Shown here piece by piece: positions 11,818 through 21,304 of a DNA stretch of 35,345 nt. Positions within the stretch are counted from its first letter, which is position 1; each line of letters begins with the position of its first letter. Below the pieces are notes generated by a model. That model ran no database searches. It was not told where the DNA came from and saw only the letters and a list, made by a program, of their open reading frames with translations. Both the position numbers and the translations under genes were made by a program. The stretch lies in NCBI RefSeq assembly GCF_001194135.2, contig NC_068983.1, forward strand, positions 1,282,188 to 1,317,532. Reading direction: 5' to 3'. The stretch comes from Octopus bimaculoides (taxonomy: Eukaryota).

Positions 11818-13451
11818 AGATTGAGAGAGAGAGGCAAGAGCAGAGATGGAGAGAGATGAGCAGAGTTAGAAGGGAAGTGAAGAATGTATTTATGAATGTT
11901 TATATGTGTATGTATATACATATACACATAGATAGATAAATACATACATACATACATACATACAAACATACATACATACATATGCACATACGTAAGGACA
12001 ACAGACCTGATATAATGATTTGGGATAGAGAATAAAAACTGAGTACAGATGTGGAAATTAGTTGACCTGTGAATGATACCATAAAGCTGAAGAACAGTGA
12101 AAATGAGAATACCTACAATGAATTATTGAGAAATCTGCAGTTACTCAATCCAGATTACAAGTTCACGTTTATACCTGTAATTATTGAGGCCATGAGATAT
12201 GTAAAACACTGCTTAAATACCGATCTTCATAAATTAGGCTTCTCAAAACCAGAAAGGAGAAAGCTAATTCGAAAACTACAGATCCAATCCATCATTTGAA
12301 CTGTAAAATTCTGTAAAACTCTCCTGAAGTTTTTGATTTATGTATATATGAGCATTTCTAGATATACAACTATATGCATGGGAATACATACATAAAACAA
12401 AAAATGCAAGTTTTAGCATATACATGCATGCATACATACAAACAAAGAAAAGTACCCTGTTGTTGACGTTGAATTTCCAATAAAGGAGCCTTGGATCAAG
12501 GTTAGAAACCAGCTCTTTTTCATACATGCTATAGTTTATTGTCTGCAGAAAAAAACGTGTGAAACGAGTAGAATTGCAGACTGTAAACATTTTGATTTAC
12601 CTACCCATGAACAGTGCGGTTTTCGACTTGTCCTTGACATTGTTGTCAACAAACGCTGTGATTAGTGAAGTGCGAGGTGACTTGGCAACACCTTGTATCA
12701 CCATTCCGACCATGAACACGATGAAAGCCTTCTCAGTTTGGCTGGCATATTGGTTGGCATTTTCACTTAAACAGTTCGATGACATATCGTTAGTTTCTGT
12801 GGTAGAATTACACACGGCGATCTCATTGATGTTGGCTGTGTGGTTAGACAAACTGACCATCCCTTCGCTTACCATTCGAGGTTTATGGTTGACGAAATAT
12901 ATGAAACAACAAACTAAACCAGACAATCCAAAGAGAAATGTGGAAGCACCAAGAAATCTGGGAATGTGAGTTCGCCTGGCAAAATGACTGACGAAAAGTA
13001 CTGTAGTGAGGAAACCAATGTCATTGCCACTCAGTATAATCCCTATTTGGGAACTATTAAACCCAAATTGCTTCTCTATTGATGTGATCTGAGATGTGAG
13101 ATAAACACTGAGTGTTTGTGTTAGTAAAGCGGCAAAGCTGTAGGTTGCTGTAAAACAGGACAAGTTAGCACAAATCTGCAATATTTGAGGTTTACAACTT
13201 GATATGCCACATTCAGCAACAAAATCTTCAACGTTTGAACATGATCTGTCGTTTGTATTGATGCTGTTGTTTACATCACAATTTAGCGGGGGTGGATCTT
13301 CTTCAAAACCTTTGTTTACATATTTATCATTCCCATTTTCTGCTGGACTGAAATCTGTGGACAGCAGTTGCGTTTTTGAAGTCTGCGGACATTCTCTTAT
13401 CGTTTTGCCATCTTCGTTTGGTAGAGTGTAACTTCCCGATTTAGCAGACAT
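2318..13451 (-). CDS. SLCO: SLCO/OATP-family organic anion transporting polypeptide; spliced CDS, 6 exons visible, 3'-partial (join complement 13451-12605, 9823-9737, 8099-7926, 6755-6591, 4028-3827, 2453-2318)
   Basis: Manual splicing gives an open 537-codon frame with canonical GT-AG introns and phases 1,1,1,1,2 (then 0). Hallmarks: CG..CKPQILQ, TSIEKQFGFNSSQIG, GIFGPSMAFLLGG, signature DPRWIGAWWLGF, PKYIEHQF, and the Kazal-like CNC..YFPICGSDGENYFSPCTAGC. The paralog cannot be assigned without a search. Confidence 0.95.
2615..2830 (+). mobile_element. tRNA-derived SINE family A (diverged, short-tail variant)
   Basis: ggcggtgaggtggcagaatc...gttcgaatcc...ggggtcgataaaataagtac...ggccttgtgccaaaattt matches other A copies in the window. 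Confidence 0.75.
3827..4028 (-). CDS. SLCO: SLCO coding exon 5 (about TM8-9; 202 nt), absent from the ORF track
   Basis: Acceptor ttttctcatgtaatcAG; (G)IEKVLGASTGTLLGGIFTSKMKLSRQGCLKLKIAITFLSAGMEGLSFIFGCPRIKINNIAASNQHF; donor AT|GTGAGT. Phase 1 to 2 exactly bridges exons 4 and 6. Confidence 0.92.
4140..4450 (+). mobile_element. Possible very degraded LINE reverse-transcriptase relic
   Basis: NLVKVYKE...NSEHFDVTVVVSRDD loosely resembles the RT segment preceding the QG motif (S-x-x-F-x-V-x-x-G-V-x-QG); weak. Confidence 0.25.
4700..5245 (-). mobile_element. RTE-clade LINE, degraded 3' part of ORF2
   Basis: Minus strand reads CETWT..RHFKLLERFHQKCLRRI...PDIDVFASAGITSI...MRWSGHIVRMADERTPKLLLYGKLSEWKRNQ, the typical RTE/BovB C-terminal region, with stops and frameshifts. 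Confidence 0.85.
5565..5625 (-). mobile_element. 3' tail fragment of SINE family C
   Basis: Reverse complement of ggtgcaccagcatgaccgcag...tgaaac plus an A-rich tail; matches the end of the 27836-28225 copy. Confidence 0.55.
5790..5970 (+). mobile_element. Old SINE family A copy
   Basis: ctgagttcaaat...gggtgtcgataaaataag...atcgact...ggctttgt is a diverged match to family A. Confidence 0.5.
6120..6420. repeat. Degenerate (CA)/(TA)-rich microsatellite field
   Basis: Imperfect acac/atac repeats visible directly. Confidence 0.8.
6591..6755 (-). CDS. SLCO: SLCO coding exon 4 (about TM7; 165 nt)
   Basis: Acceptor tttttcgttgtAG; (A)FPKSLCRLTRSPVYVLSLLAVCVLLFGISGSLTFTPKYIEHQFTTPAWKTNVIL; donor G|GTAAGC. 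Confidence 0.93.
6904..7240. repeat. Compound microsatellite (TA)n-gap-(TC)-(TA)n-(GT)n-(CTGT)n-(CTAT)n-(CT)-(TA)-(CA)n
   Basis: Direct reading; gap at 6954-6968. Confidence 0.95.
7926..8099 (-). CDS. SLCO: SLCO coding exon 3 (OATP signature/TM6; 174 nt)
   Basis: Acceptor tatttcattccAG; (D)IGLTPKDPRWIGAWWLGFVVFGIGSLIFSIPIFFFPRNF...CKVK; donor G|GTTTGT. Signature at 8041-8079. Confidence 0.95.
8344..8452 (+). mobile_element. SINE family A, 5' half only
   Basis: gcggcgagctggcagaaacgttagc...gttcaaattccgccgaggtcgactttgcctttc, close to the other A copies, then ends abruptly. Confidence 0.85.
8456..8700 (-). mobile_element. R4/Dong-like (RLE-type non-LTR) reverse transcriptase fragment
   Basis: MRNWKTAG...EWMVKGRIVLIRKDSSKGTVACNYRLIACL resembles the W-K-A-P-G-P-D and G-R-T-V-L-I-x-K...N-Y-R-P-I-x-C-L motifs of R4-type RT; frameshifted. 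Confidence 0.8.
9240..9335 (+). mobile_element. 3' fragment of a further SINE-like repeat (family G)
   Basis: gatttagctgctatttctaacagg is also found inverted at about 24345-24460 (ctgctatttcgagcatg). Confidence 0.5.
9737..9823 (-). CDS. SLCO: SLCO coding exon 2 (about TM5; 87 nt), absent from the ORF track
   Basis: Acceptor ttatttctcttgaAG; (G)FIVTMGIFGPSMAFLLGGVFSRLPVDLK; donor G|GTAAGT; phase 1-1. Confidence 0.93.
10200..10365 (-). mobile_element. Diverged SINE family A copy
   Basis: aatgacccagtactcgactggta...tttgaattcagaa...gcatttcgcccgatgctctaatgattctg matches the reverse complement of family A. Confidence 0.65.
10900..11060 (+). mobile_element. Highly diverged 3' part of SINE family B
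   Basis: tgtcacgc...gtacatgtgtatgaggaatactcagccac is collinear with the tail of the 16895-17218 copy. Confidence 0.45.
11141..11374 (-). mobile_element. Full-length SINE family A (long-tail variant)
   Basis: tRNA-like head with box-B-like gttcaaattcc, body ggggtcgat..taagtaccag, tail tttgtcccctctatgtttagcccc..caataaagaaat; possible degenerate TSD tacatatat/tacgtatat. Confidence 0.9.
11386..11698 (-). mobile_element. Full-length SINE family B
   Basis: Head tgaaggtgcatggcttagtggtt...gagttcaattcccgg (box A/B-like), ccttgagcaagacactttatttcacgttgctccagtccactc; collinear with the 16895-17218 copy. Confidence 0.9.
11698..11980. repeat. (CA)n-gap-(TA)n-(GA)n and (TACA)n microsatellites
   Basis: Direct reading. 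Confidence 0.9.
11994..12335 (+). mobile_element. 3' end of an R4/Dong-like non-LTR retrotransposon (restriction-like endonuclease domain)
   Basis: NRPDIMIWDRE...VEIS-P...NTYNELLRNLQLLNPDYKFTFIPVII...LGFSKPERRKLIRKLQIQSI; RPD...E-x-x-x-P RLE motif; stops present. Confidence 0.75.
12605..13451 (-). CDS. SLCO: SLCO coding exon 1 (N-terminus to about TM4; 847 nt)
   Basis: Acceptor ttttttttatcatcAG directly precedes ATG (13451). Translates MSAKSGSYT...CGISSCKPQILQ...FVDNNVKDKSKTALFMG. Donor G|GTAGGT at 12604 (phase 1). Confidence 0.93.
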
Positions 13452-14292
13452 CTGATGATAAAAAAATGTAAACGAATACGTAATTAAGACAGGGAAACAA
13501 TCACAAGAAAAAATTAACATAATTATAGATTTAAAAAAAAACATATTGTAATAAACTGATATTTCTAAATTATATTAGAATAAAAGAGCGGTGCTACTTG
13601 GCCACGATAATAAAGCACCGAATTAATTCTATCACCCCAAAACTATGATTTTATCTTTGTTTCTGATTTTGGTAAACAGAGCATCACTATTCTTTGCACT
13701 CTTCATTCTTCACTCTCTGTTCTATGGTGGTCAAAATCATTGTACCTGTATAAATGTTTCTAACTATATGGCCTAAAGCTGACAAACCATAGTCCTTAAT
13801 GATGGCATATTCCCTTGCCAAAATAGTGGACCAAACCCAGTTTCTAACCAAAATGTCCAAAATGTGGTTTGCAAAGGAGCAGAACTTTGCCACGCTTCTG
13901 AAATATCAATTGTTCGATGCTTAGTTGAAAGCCACTAATATCATTAGTAAAGCTTGAACATCATCACATCATTTGTGAACTCTGCTTCCGTATAATTTGG
14001 AAGAATTATGCAAGAGACGTTGATGCAATTCTCTTTGCATTTGTGTGTGGATTGAAAGAAGAATAAGGGAGTATATACCTCTCTCTCCATACCTTCTTTT
14101 CTCTCTCACCGTCACTCTGTAATAGACAAATGAAATACTAAATCGGTTTAAATTATATATTTGATAATTCAGTTTAAGAATAGTTTTAAGTAAATTCATT
14201 TAAAGGGAAGTTAAAACCGAAACATTTAATAATTTTCAGTGAAATTTCCAAGTTTAGAGCTTCTGTCGGAAATTTTCCCTCTACCATTGCTG

Positions 14293-14298
14293 GAAGAA

Positions 14299-14333
<35 letters not shown>

Positions 14334-14373
14334 AGAAGAAGAAGGAGAAGAAGAAGAAGAAGAAGAAGAAGAA

Positions 14374-14420
<47 letters not shown>

Positions 14421-14532
14421 AGAAGAAGAAGAAGAAGAAGAAGAAGAAGAAGAAGAAGNNNNNNNNNNAAGAAGAAGAAGAAGAAGAAGAAGAAGAAGAA
14501 GAAGAAGAGGAACAACAACAACAACAACAACA
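14293..14532. repeat. Long (GAA)n tract with gap, followed by (CAA)n
   Basis: Direct reading; gap at 14459-14468. Confidence 0.97.
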
Positions 14533-15250
14533 GTAGCTACAAGTATTAAAGTTTACTGTTCCTGAGGAATTATAGGAGCATTTTCAAAAAAAAAAAAAAA
14601 ATATCTGATTCAAGATCTCAGAACAAACATCCACAAATATCTGCTTTGACTAACATGTCCTAACAAGAACATTTTATAGATACAATTTACTTGTCGTCAA
14701 CTTGTTAATTACTGTCTGGTTAATTGCGGCTGATCGTTTTATGTCGCAACAGAACTTTATAATTAGTGATTACCAAATGATAATCTCTTCAGATTTCTAT
14801 AGAAACTAGAGCCATCGCTGAAAGTTATGATGTTTCGTATATGAATACGTCTACAATGCGATCGAAGACAGAAAAATAGGTAATGAAAGTAGATGCATAT
14901 TTGAGGACTTGATTGCTCCCGTTTCACCAACGTATTGCTTCATGGCCACCAAATGTAGCGGTTTAACGCAATTTTACATATCCAACTTTTACATATCCAA
15001 ACACATTTCTGGCAACTGGTACGTAGATAATTATTGCTGGCAGGGACACCATAATTCGTTATGCAACCTTAACATATTAGGAAATATATCAGAGTCTTAA
15101 ATTGCAATGTATATATATTGTGATATGTGATATATTACGTAATACATAACATAATATTATAGCATGATATATTATATATGTTATAGGAATCTATTAATGA
15201 TATTTTGTAATATATGAAGAGATATATAATATGATATATTCTAGTATATT

Positions 15251-15465
15251 AAGGTGGTGAGCTGGCAGAATCTTTAGCACTCCAGGCGAAATGCATAGTG
15301 GTATTTTGTCTGTCTTTACGTTCTGAGTTCAAATTCCGCCGATGTCGACTTTGCCTTTCATCTTTTTGGAGTCGATAAATTAAGTACCAGTTGCGTAGTG
15401 AGGTCGATCTAATCGACTTCCTCATCCAAAATTTCGAGCCTTGTGCCTAGAGTAAAACAGAATAT
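15251..15465 (+). mobile_element. SINE family A (short-tail variant)
   Basis: ggtggtgagctggcagaatc...gttcaaattccgccg...gtcgataaattaagtaccag...gccttgtgcctagag. Confidence 0.88.
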
Positions 15466-15647
15466 ATTCTGGCATATTGTAATATGGTATGTAATATACG
15501 TCTTGCCAGGGACCGGTAATATTTCTTAGTAATATTAATTTATATCGGAAACAATATATATAATGAATATAATAAAAGCTGACAATTTTCTTTTATGGTA
15601 TATTTATTTTGTAAACAAACAATACAATATTATATAAGCATTTTATA

Positions 15648-15752
15648 AGCATTTTATAATGTTTCTTTCTTTTCTGGAAACTCGCCGCGTACCGGCAGCT
15701 GATGGCTCGCGGACTGGCACCAGTCCACGGGCCACCACTTTCAGTAGTATTG
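15648..15752 (-). mobile_element. Terminal fragment of a hAT (Charlie-like) non-autonomous DNA transposon
   Basis: Reverse complement caatactactgaaagtggtggcccgtggactggtgccagtccgcgagcc resembles Charlie-type ends (CAGTG..CTCAAAGTG..GGTCCGCGGACCGG); a GC island in AT-rich DNA; partner end not found. Confidence 0.55.
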
Positions 15753-16189
15753 ATATACGTGGTATATTGTCATATATCATACAATATACGTGGTATATAT
15801 TCATATGTGGTATATCGTGTGACATACATTTTGTGCTTTATAAGATTTTGATACTTTCACTAAGATTGTGATAGCTGTGGCTAATTGTATACTTCTGCGT
15901 TCTTCTTTATAAATTTTACTGTCCTATTTTGATGTTTCCACGTTCTGAAGTTTTTCCTGTCCTACTTTTGGTGTCACTTAAGTTTTATCAGGAAATTTTT
16001 GAATGTCGACGGAAAATAATGTTTGCAATTGCTAAACTGTCACAAATCTAGGAAAACAGCTAGAACTAGGTGAAAGAATAATTGGACTCTAATAATGAAT
16101 ATTCGCTCGTTACGTAGGATGAGTGGCTTTTTGGAAACATTTATGTGTGTCATATGCGAGTTTGTGGATGTGTGCGTGGTGTGAATGTA

Positions 16190-16255
<66 letters not shown>
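16190..16255. repeat. (GT)n microsatellite
   Basis: Direct reading. Confidence 0.95.
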
Positions 16256-16256
<1 letters not shown>

Positions 16257-16894
16257 TTGGGTGACCTTTATGTGTTTTTATGTGAGTTTTAGTGTGTATG
16301 CCAGAGGTGCATAGGCATGTATATTAGTTCATTTGCGTTTATGTTATGTGTACGTGCGCGTGGATGTGTGAATGTGTGCGCGCACACAGGCCTATACCTG
16401 TGTCTATGTGCTTATTCACGAGTAAAATATAAGGAATCGTTTAAGATAAAGTGTAGATAAATCCAAGAATGTTATTTTAATACATGGACATCATCACGTC
16501 TAGTATAACGCAATTAACATTGATATCATCATCTCATTTGTGTTCTTCCTTCCGTTGAAAAGTTACTTAGGCGTGAAAAGGAGGTTATTCGGCAGAGTTT
16601 CAGCAGTCTCTCATACAAACACAGTAATCGCTATATAAAACTACACGATACATTATCTCTTATGAAACATTCTGTCATTTATTACAAAAAGTGTTAAACA
16701 ATGTTTACGAAAGTTGACGACCAAAAAGTTGTTTCTATTCATCCTTCGTCATATTTTCTTTTCCTATCATAATTCACTCCGAATGTCGTCGACGATTTTG
16801 CTGCGCTTCTCTGTTCTCTTAATTAGTTTGCTCGCACGTCGGTGAATGCGTCTAAGCATACATGTATGCGCTTGTGTAGTTAAGTAATTAACTA

Positions 16895-17218
16895 TGAAGG
16901 TGCGTGGCTTAGTATTTAGGGCATTTGTTTTACGATCGTAAGGTGGTGGGTTCAATTCCCGGCGACGCGTTGTGTCCTTGAGCAAGACCCTTTATTTCAC
17001 GTTGCTCCAGTCCACTCAGCTGGCAAAAATGAGTTGTACCTGTATTTCAAGGGGCCAGTCTTATCACACTCTGTGTCATGCTGAATCTCCCTGAGAACTA
17101 GGTTAAGGCTACTCGTGTCTGCGGAATGCTCAGCTACTTGAACGTTAATTTCATGAGCAAGGCTGTTCCATTGATCGCATCAGCTGGGACCCTCGTCGTC
17201 GTAACCGACGGATTGCTC
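16895..17218 (+). mobile_element. Full-length SINE family B with perfect 15-bp target-site duplication
   Basis: Flanked by TTAAGTAATTAACTA at 16880-16894 and 17219-17233; tRNA-like head with gttcaattccc. Confidence 0.93.
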
Positions 17219-17394
17219 TTAAGTAATTAACTAACAGGGAAACCGGAGGTTTAGAGGCTGTTTTCTTTAGGAAAGACCTAAAATTCGCAATATGGACTCT
17301 TCCTGGACTCAGAACATAAATAAGTAGTGCTGGCCGTGACCACTACTGAAGGCCATATTTTCCGAATAGTAACCGTCAAAGCCCCTACAGGAAT

Positions 17395-17424
17395 GGGTTA
17401 GGATTAGGGTTAGGGTTAGGGTTA
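17395..17424 (+). repeat. Short interstitial (TTAGGG)-type repeat, 5 units (one variant)
   Basis: GGGTTA GGATTA GGGTTA GGGTTA GGGTTA. Confidence 0.8.
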
Positions 17425-17804
17425 GAGAAGGAATTTAGAGTGTTTCTTCGAACATCACGCTCTTTGGTGCCAGTGAGAGATTGGAAGGGTATCATAGATA
17501 CACGATGGGTTAGTGAAGAGCTAGTCGGTAGAAGAGAGGTGTGTAACGCCCTTACAAATCTTCTCAGGTGTTTCGAACTATCGGCTAAGTACTGAATGAA
17601 TTCCCCAAATCATTCTCTATCATTTTAAAAGTCACTAGTTACACAGACCACAAACCTTCGTGGTAAATTATGAAAGCATACGATAAATACCACTAGAGAA
17701 CGGAGTAAAAATAGCAGTAATGTCCTACGGAACAGCTTCGTTTAAGTGGTAGCAAACGTTACTTTAATCATCTCTTACAGAGATTTTCTTGACTAGCTAC
17801 TTTG

Positions 17805-17847
<43 letters not shown>

Positions 17848-18331
17848 TGTCGTTCAATGCTCGAAAAGAGGAGTAGAGAAGGCAGCCTACAACTGATGAA
17901 GGGTCGTTATTTATGTTACNNNNNNNNNNATATATATATATATATATATATAAACTTACTTGTTAATACAAATTCGGTGTGTGTTGCATCCCATTACTTG
18001 ATAAATTAAAGACATATATAAACAAACGACGTAACATATACTAAATGTATCTTTATGAATCTGTGCTGCAAGATTCCTGATGTGATGTCGTGCAGAATAA
18101 GCGGAGTAGGAGCATACACGGAGACGCTAAGTGTCGCTGAGGAGGTCACAGATGTATGACGAAAGATTTCTGGACAATGGGCATGAGTTAGAATAAGAAC
18201 AGTGATAAACGAGTGAAAAATGAATATATAATGCGTGTGTTTATTTGGCAAACAAGCAAAAAACAAAAGACCGTCCCGAAATGTAACAATGCATATATGC
18301 ATATATATATATATAATACCTCGTTCAGAGA

Positions 18332-18364
<33 letters not shown>

Positions 18365-18368
<4 letters not shown>

Positions 18369-19026
18369 GCTGTCCGGAAAGTTCGTGCCGATTTATAGTA
18401 GCTTACCTTTCGACTTATTTTAGAACATGTTTGAGACCATAAAAAAAGATTTGACTACACCTCCATTTAGAGTACAGTTTAAGCTATCTTTTCGTGGAAG
18501 AAGGTTTATGTTCCTGTAACCTATGTTAATTCTGTAACCCATTAAAATGGAAGATAAGAAAGTTCATTTCCGACACTTGATGCCTTTCTTTTTCCGTAAA
18601 GGAAAAAAATGCCTCACAAGCAACCAAAGAAATATGCACAGTTTACAGTGATGCTTCTTTATCCGAAAGAATTGTACGGAAGTGGTTCGCAAGGTTCCGA
18701 GCTGGAGATTGTAGCCTTATTGATAAAGAGCGATCAGGCAGACCATCCACTACAGATGATGACCAAATCAAGTCATTAATTGAGAATAACCCACATTTCA
18801 CAACCCGAGAATTGGCAGAAAGCCTCAACCTATCAAAATCCGTCGTTCATGAGCACCTAGTAAAGCTTGGGCACACAAATCGCTACGATGTTTGGGTACC
18901 ACATGAGTTGAGTGAGAAGAACCGTTTGGATTACATTTCCATCTGTGATTCGCTTTATAAACGGAATGAAAATGCGCCTTTTTTCAAGCAAATTGTGACA
19001 GGTGATGAGAAATGGATTATCTACCG
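18365..19026 (+). mobile_element. Mariner (DD34D, mellifera-like) transposon, 5' half; transposase from ATG 18547 with a +1 frameshift, cut by an assembly gap
   Basis: TA followed by TIR TTGGGCTGTCCGGAAAGTTCGTGCCGATTT; MEDKKVHFRH...KWFARFRAG...RSGRP...WVPHEL...IVTGDEKWI. Confidence 0.93.
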
Positions 19027-19338
19027 NNNNNNNNNNNNNNNNNNNNNNNNNNNNNNNNNNNNNNNNNNNNNNNNNNNNNNNNNNNNNNNNNNNNNNNNNN
19101 NNNNNNNNNNNNNNNNNNNNNNNNNNNNNNNNNNNNNNNNNNNNNNNNNNNNNNNNNNNNNNNNNNNNNNNNNNNNNNNNNNNNNNNNNNNNNNNNNNNN
19201 NNNNNNNNNNNNNNNNNNNNNNNNNNNNNNNNNNNNNNNNNNNNNNNNNNNNNNNNNNNNNNNNNNNNNNNNNNNNNNNNNNNNNNNNNNNNNNNNNNNN
19301 NNNNNNNNNNNNNNNNNNNNNNNNNNNNNNNNNNNNNN

Positions 19339-19406
<68 letters not shown>
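19339..19406. repeat. (CA)n microsatellite at gap edge
   Basis: Direct reading. Confidence 0.95.
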
Positions 19407-19409
<3 letters not shown>

Positions 19410-19605
19410 TTTAGGGTATAAAAAATATATACAAGCTATGCTAGAAAGAAGAGTCAACTCTCCAAAGCCACATATTTCTCACTATAAACAAAACATGCAC
19501 GGTTAATGTAGCGAATATAAGACAAAATAGCGAGGCCACTCAAACAAACAGACACGCACAATGTAGTGTTTATATATTTTGAAAAGAAAGTTATATGTTT
19601 TCATA

Positions 19606-19754
19606 GGCGTAGGAGCGGCTGTGTGGTAAGTAGCTTGCTTACCAACCACATGGTTTCGGGTTCAGTCCCACTGCGTGGCACCTTGGGCAAGTGTCTGCTA
19701 CTTTAGCCTCGGCCGACCAAAGCCTTGTGAGTGGATTTTCTTGTATATACATGT

Positions 19755-19812
<58 letters not shown>

Positions 19813-20034
19813 GTCGTATAAAAATAAATATATATATATGTATGTGTGTGTGTGTGTGTGTGTATGCTTGTGTGTCTGTGTTTGTACCCCCACCATCGCT
19901 TGACAACCGATGTTGGTGTGTTCACGTCCCCGTAACTTAGCGGTTCGGCAAAAGAGACCGATAGAATAAGTACAAAGAATAAGTCTTGAGGTCGATTTGT
20001 TCGACTAAAAGCAGTGCTCCAGCATGGCCGCAGT
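19606..20034 (+). mobile_element. SINE family C (CORE-like motif ccttgggcaagtg) with internal microsatellite expansion
   Basis: Head and tail are collinear with the 27836-28225 copy; (CA)n/(TA)/(GT) block between the halves. Confidence 0.88.
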
Positions 20035-21304
20035 AAGCTCAACCGATGGGCGTAAGTGTCTGGGCCCTAAAGGTGAACTCACTTGATACTGAGATGGCTG
20101 TACTTTTCTTTGTCTTTTTCCTACATTAACCGTGTTTTGTTTCTAATGAGAAATATGTGGAGAAAGAAAGTACGAGAGAGAAAAACCAGGTGAGAATGCT
20201 CCAAAATTATTGAATAATTAAATATTTAGGAAGAATCTTTCCTTCTAATTTACTATATTTACTGTGAAGTTTCTATGGGAGGCCAACAGTGAAAAGTAAT
20301 TGGCTTATAATATTCACACAGTTTCTCTTTTCATTTGTAGGAATACGTACAGAGTTCTAAATAATATTATATGATATCATGCAATTTAAATTTAAATCGC
20401 ACAATGTGTGTATATATATGTGCGTGCGTGTGTGCGTGTATTGTGTTGGTGTGTGTGTGTGTGGGTGTGTGTGGGTGTGTTCGTGTGTGTGCGTGTGTTT
20501 AAAACGAAAATGAATGAGTGAGGAAACAGAGTGAGAAGTTTGTGTCCGTTCTCCCATAAGACGTCTAATCGTTTCCTTTCGCTTGCCTCCAGGCATTTCT
20601 TTGCCGCCATGTTGCTAAGAAAGAGGAGAGGAGACATTGTATTAGGTCTCGTCAGTCCTCTTTGCCAAATAATTCTATTCTTTCTATATCAGCCTATTTA
20701 GAAGTGTTTCGGCAGGGTCTTAGTGGTTCACCGATTTTCTTTTAATGTGCTTTAAGCTACTTCATGTATAACTATGCTGAAGTTAGAGCTATGACTTAAA
20801 TTATAAAAATGGCACTAGTAGTGTATTTATAACGATTATTTCATTTCCTCTATGGAGTACATTTGAGAATATTACTCTGAGTTTCCTGCAATAAACGTTT
20901 TAAATTTCCTCCTACATTTCTTTTTGTTGCATGTTATGAGTTTCATAAAATCCAAATATTTCTATCAATAATTCTGGGCTAAATGTCTGAGTCCAGAGAA
21001 TGGAATTAATTTTATTGTTATCAGCTTCTTTATAAGGACATTGACATATAAGTCATCAACATTGAGGAGATGCTTTAGAATTTTACTATGACACTTTTAC
21101 TCATTGGCTGTTCCATTCATAATCAAATTCTAACAGATTGATATTTAGAAGTGTAAAGTGTCTTGCTGAAGGGTTCCACATTTAATGCTCTGAGGAGAGG
21201 GTTCTAGTTTTAAGAATTTTCTGTTTGTATTATACATATTATGGTTGCTTTCCTATTTGGCATAGCATCATGTTTATTATAATGTGTTAGTATTGAAGAC
21301 TTTG

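Noticed and set aside
12559-12969. 136-aa plus-strand ORF (also 3692-4081 and 13204-13431)
   Set aside because: Antisense shadows of SLCO exons.
13452-13544. N-terminal extension MFFFKSIIML...FFYHQ of ORF 12597-13544
   Set aside because: It is the intronic polypyrimidine tract and acceptor read in frame; the protein starts at 13451.
13690-14060. Possible extra exons or transposase relic upstream of SLCO exon 1
   Set aside because: No frame with recognisable motifs or convincing paired splice sites.
14186-14565. Poly-L and poly-E/R ORFs
   Set aside because: Translations of the (GAA)n tract.
16895-16970. tRNA genes at SINE heads (also 11630-11698, 19606-19670, 22330-22390, 29778-29845)
   Set aside because: Box A/B-like motifs are present, but there is no complete cloverleaf and each continues into a SINE body.
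20520-20610. MAAKKCLEASERKRLDVLWENGH as a Tc1 transposase N-terminus
   Set aside because: Too short and no TIR identified; the resemblance is only impressionistic.
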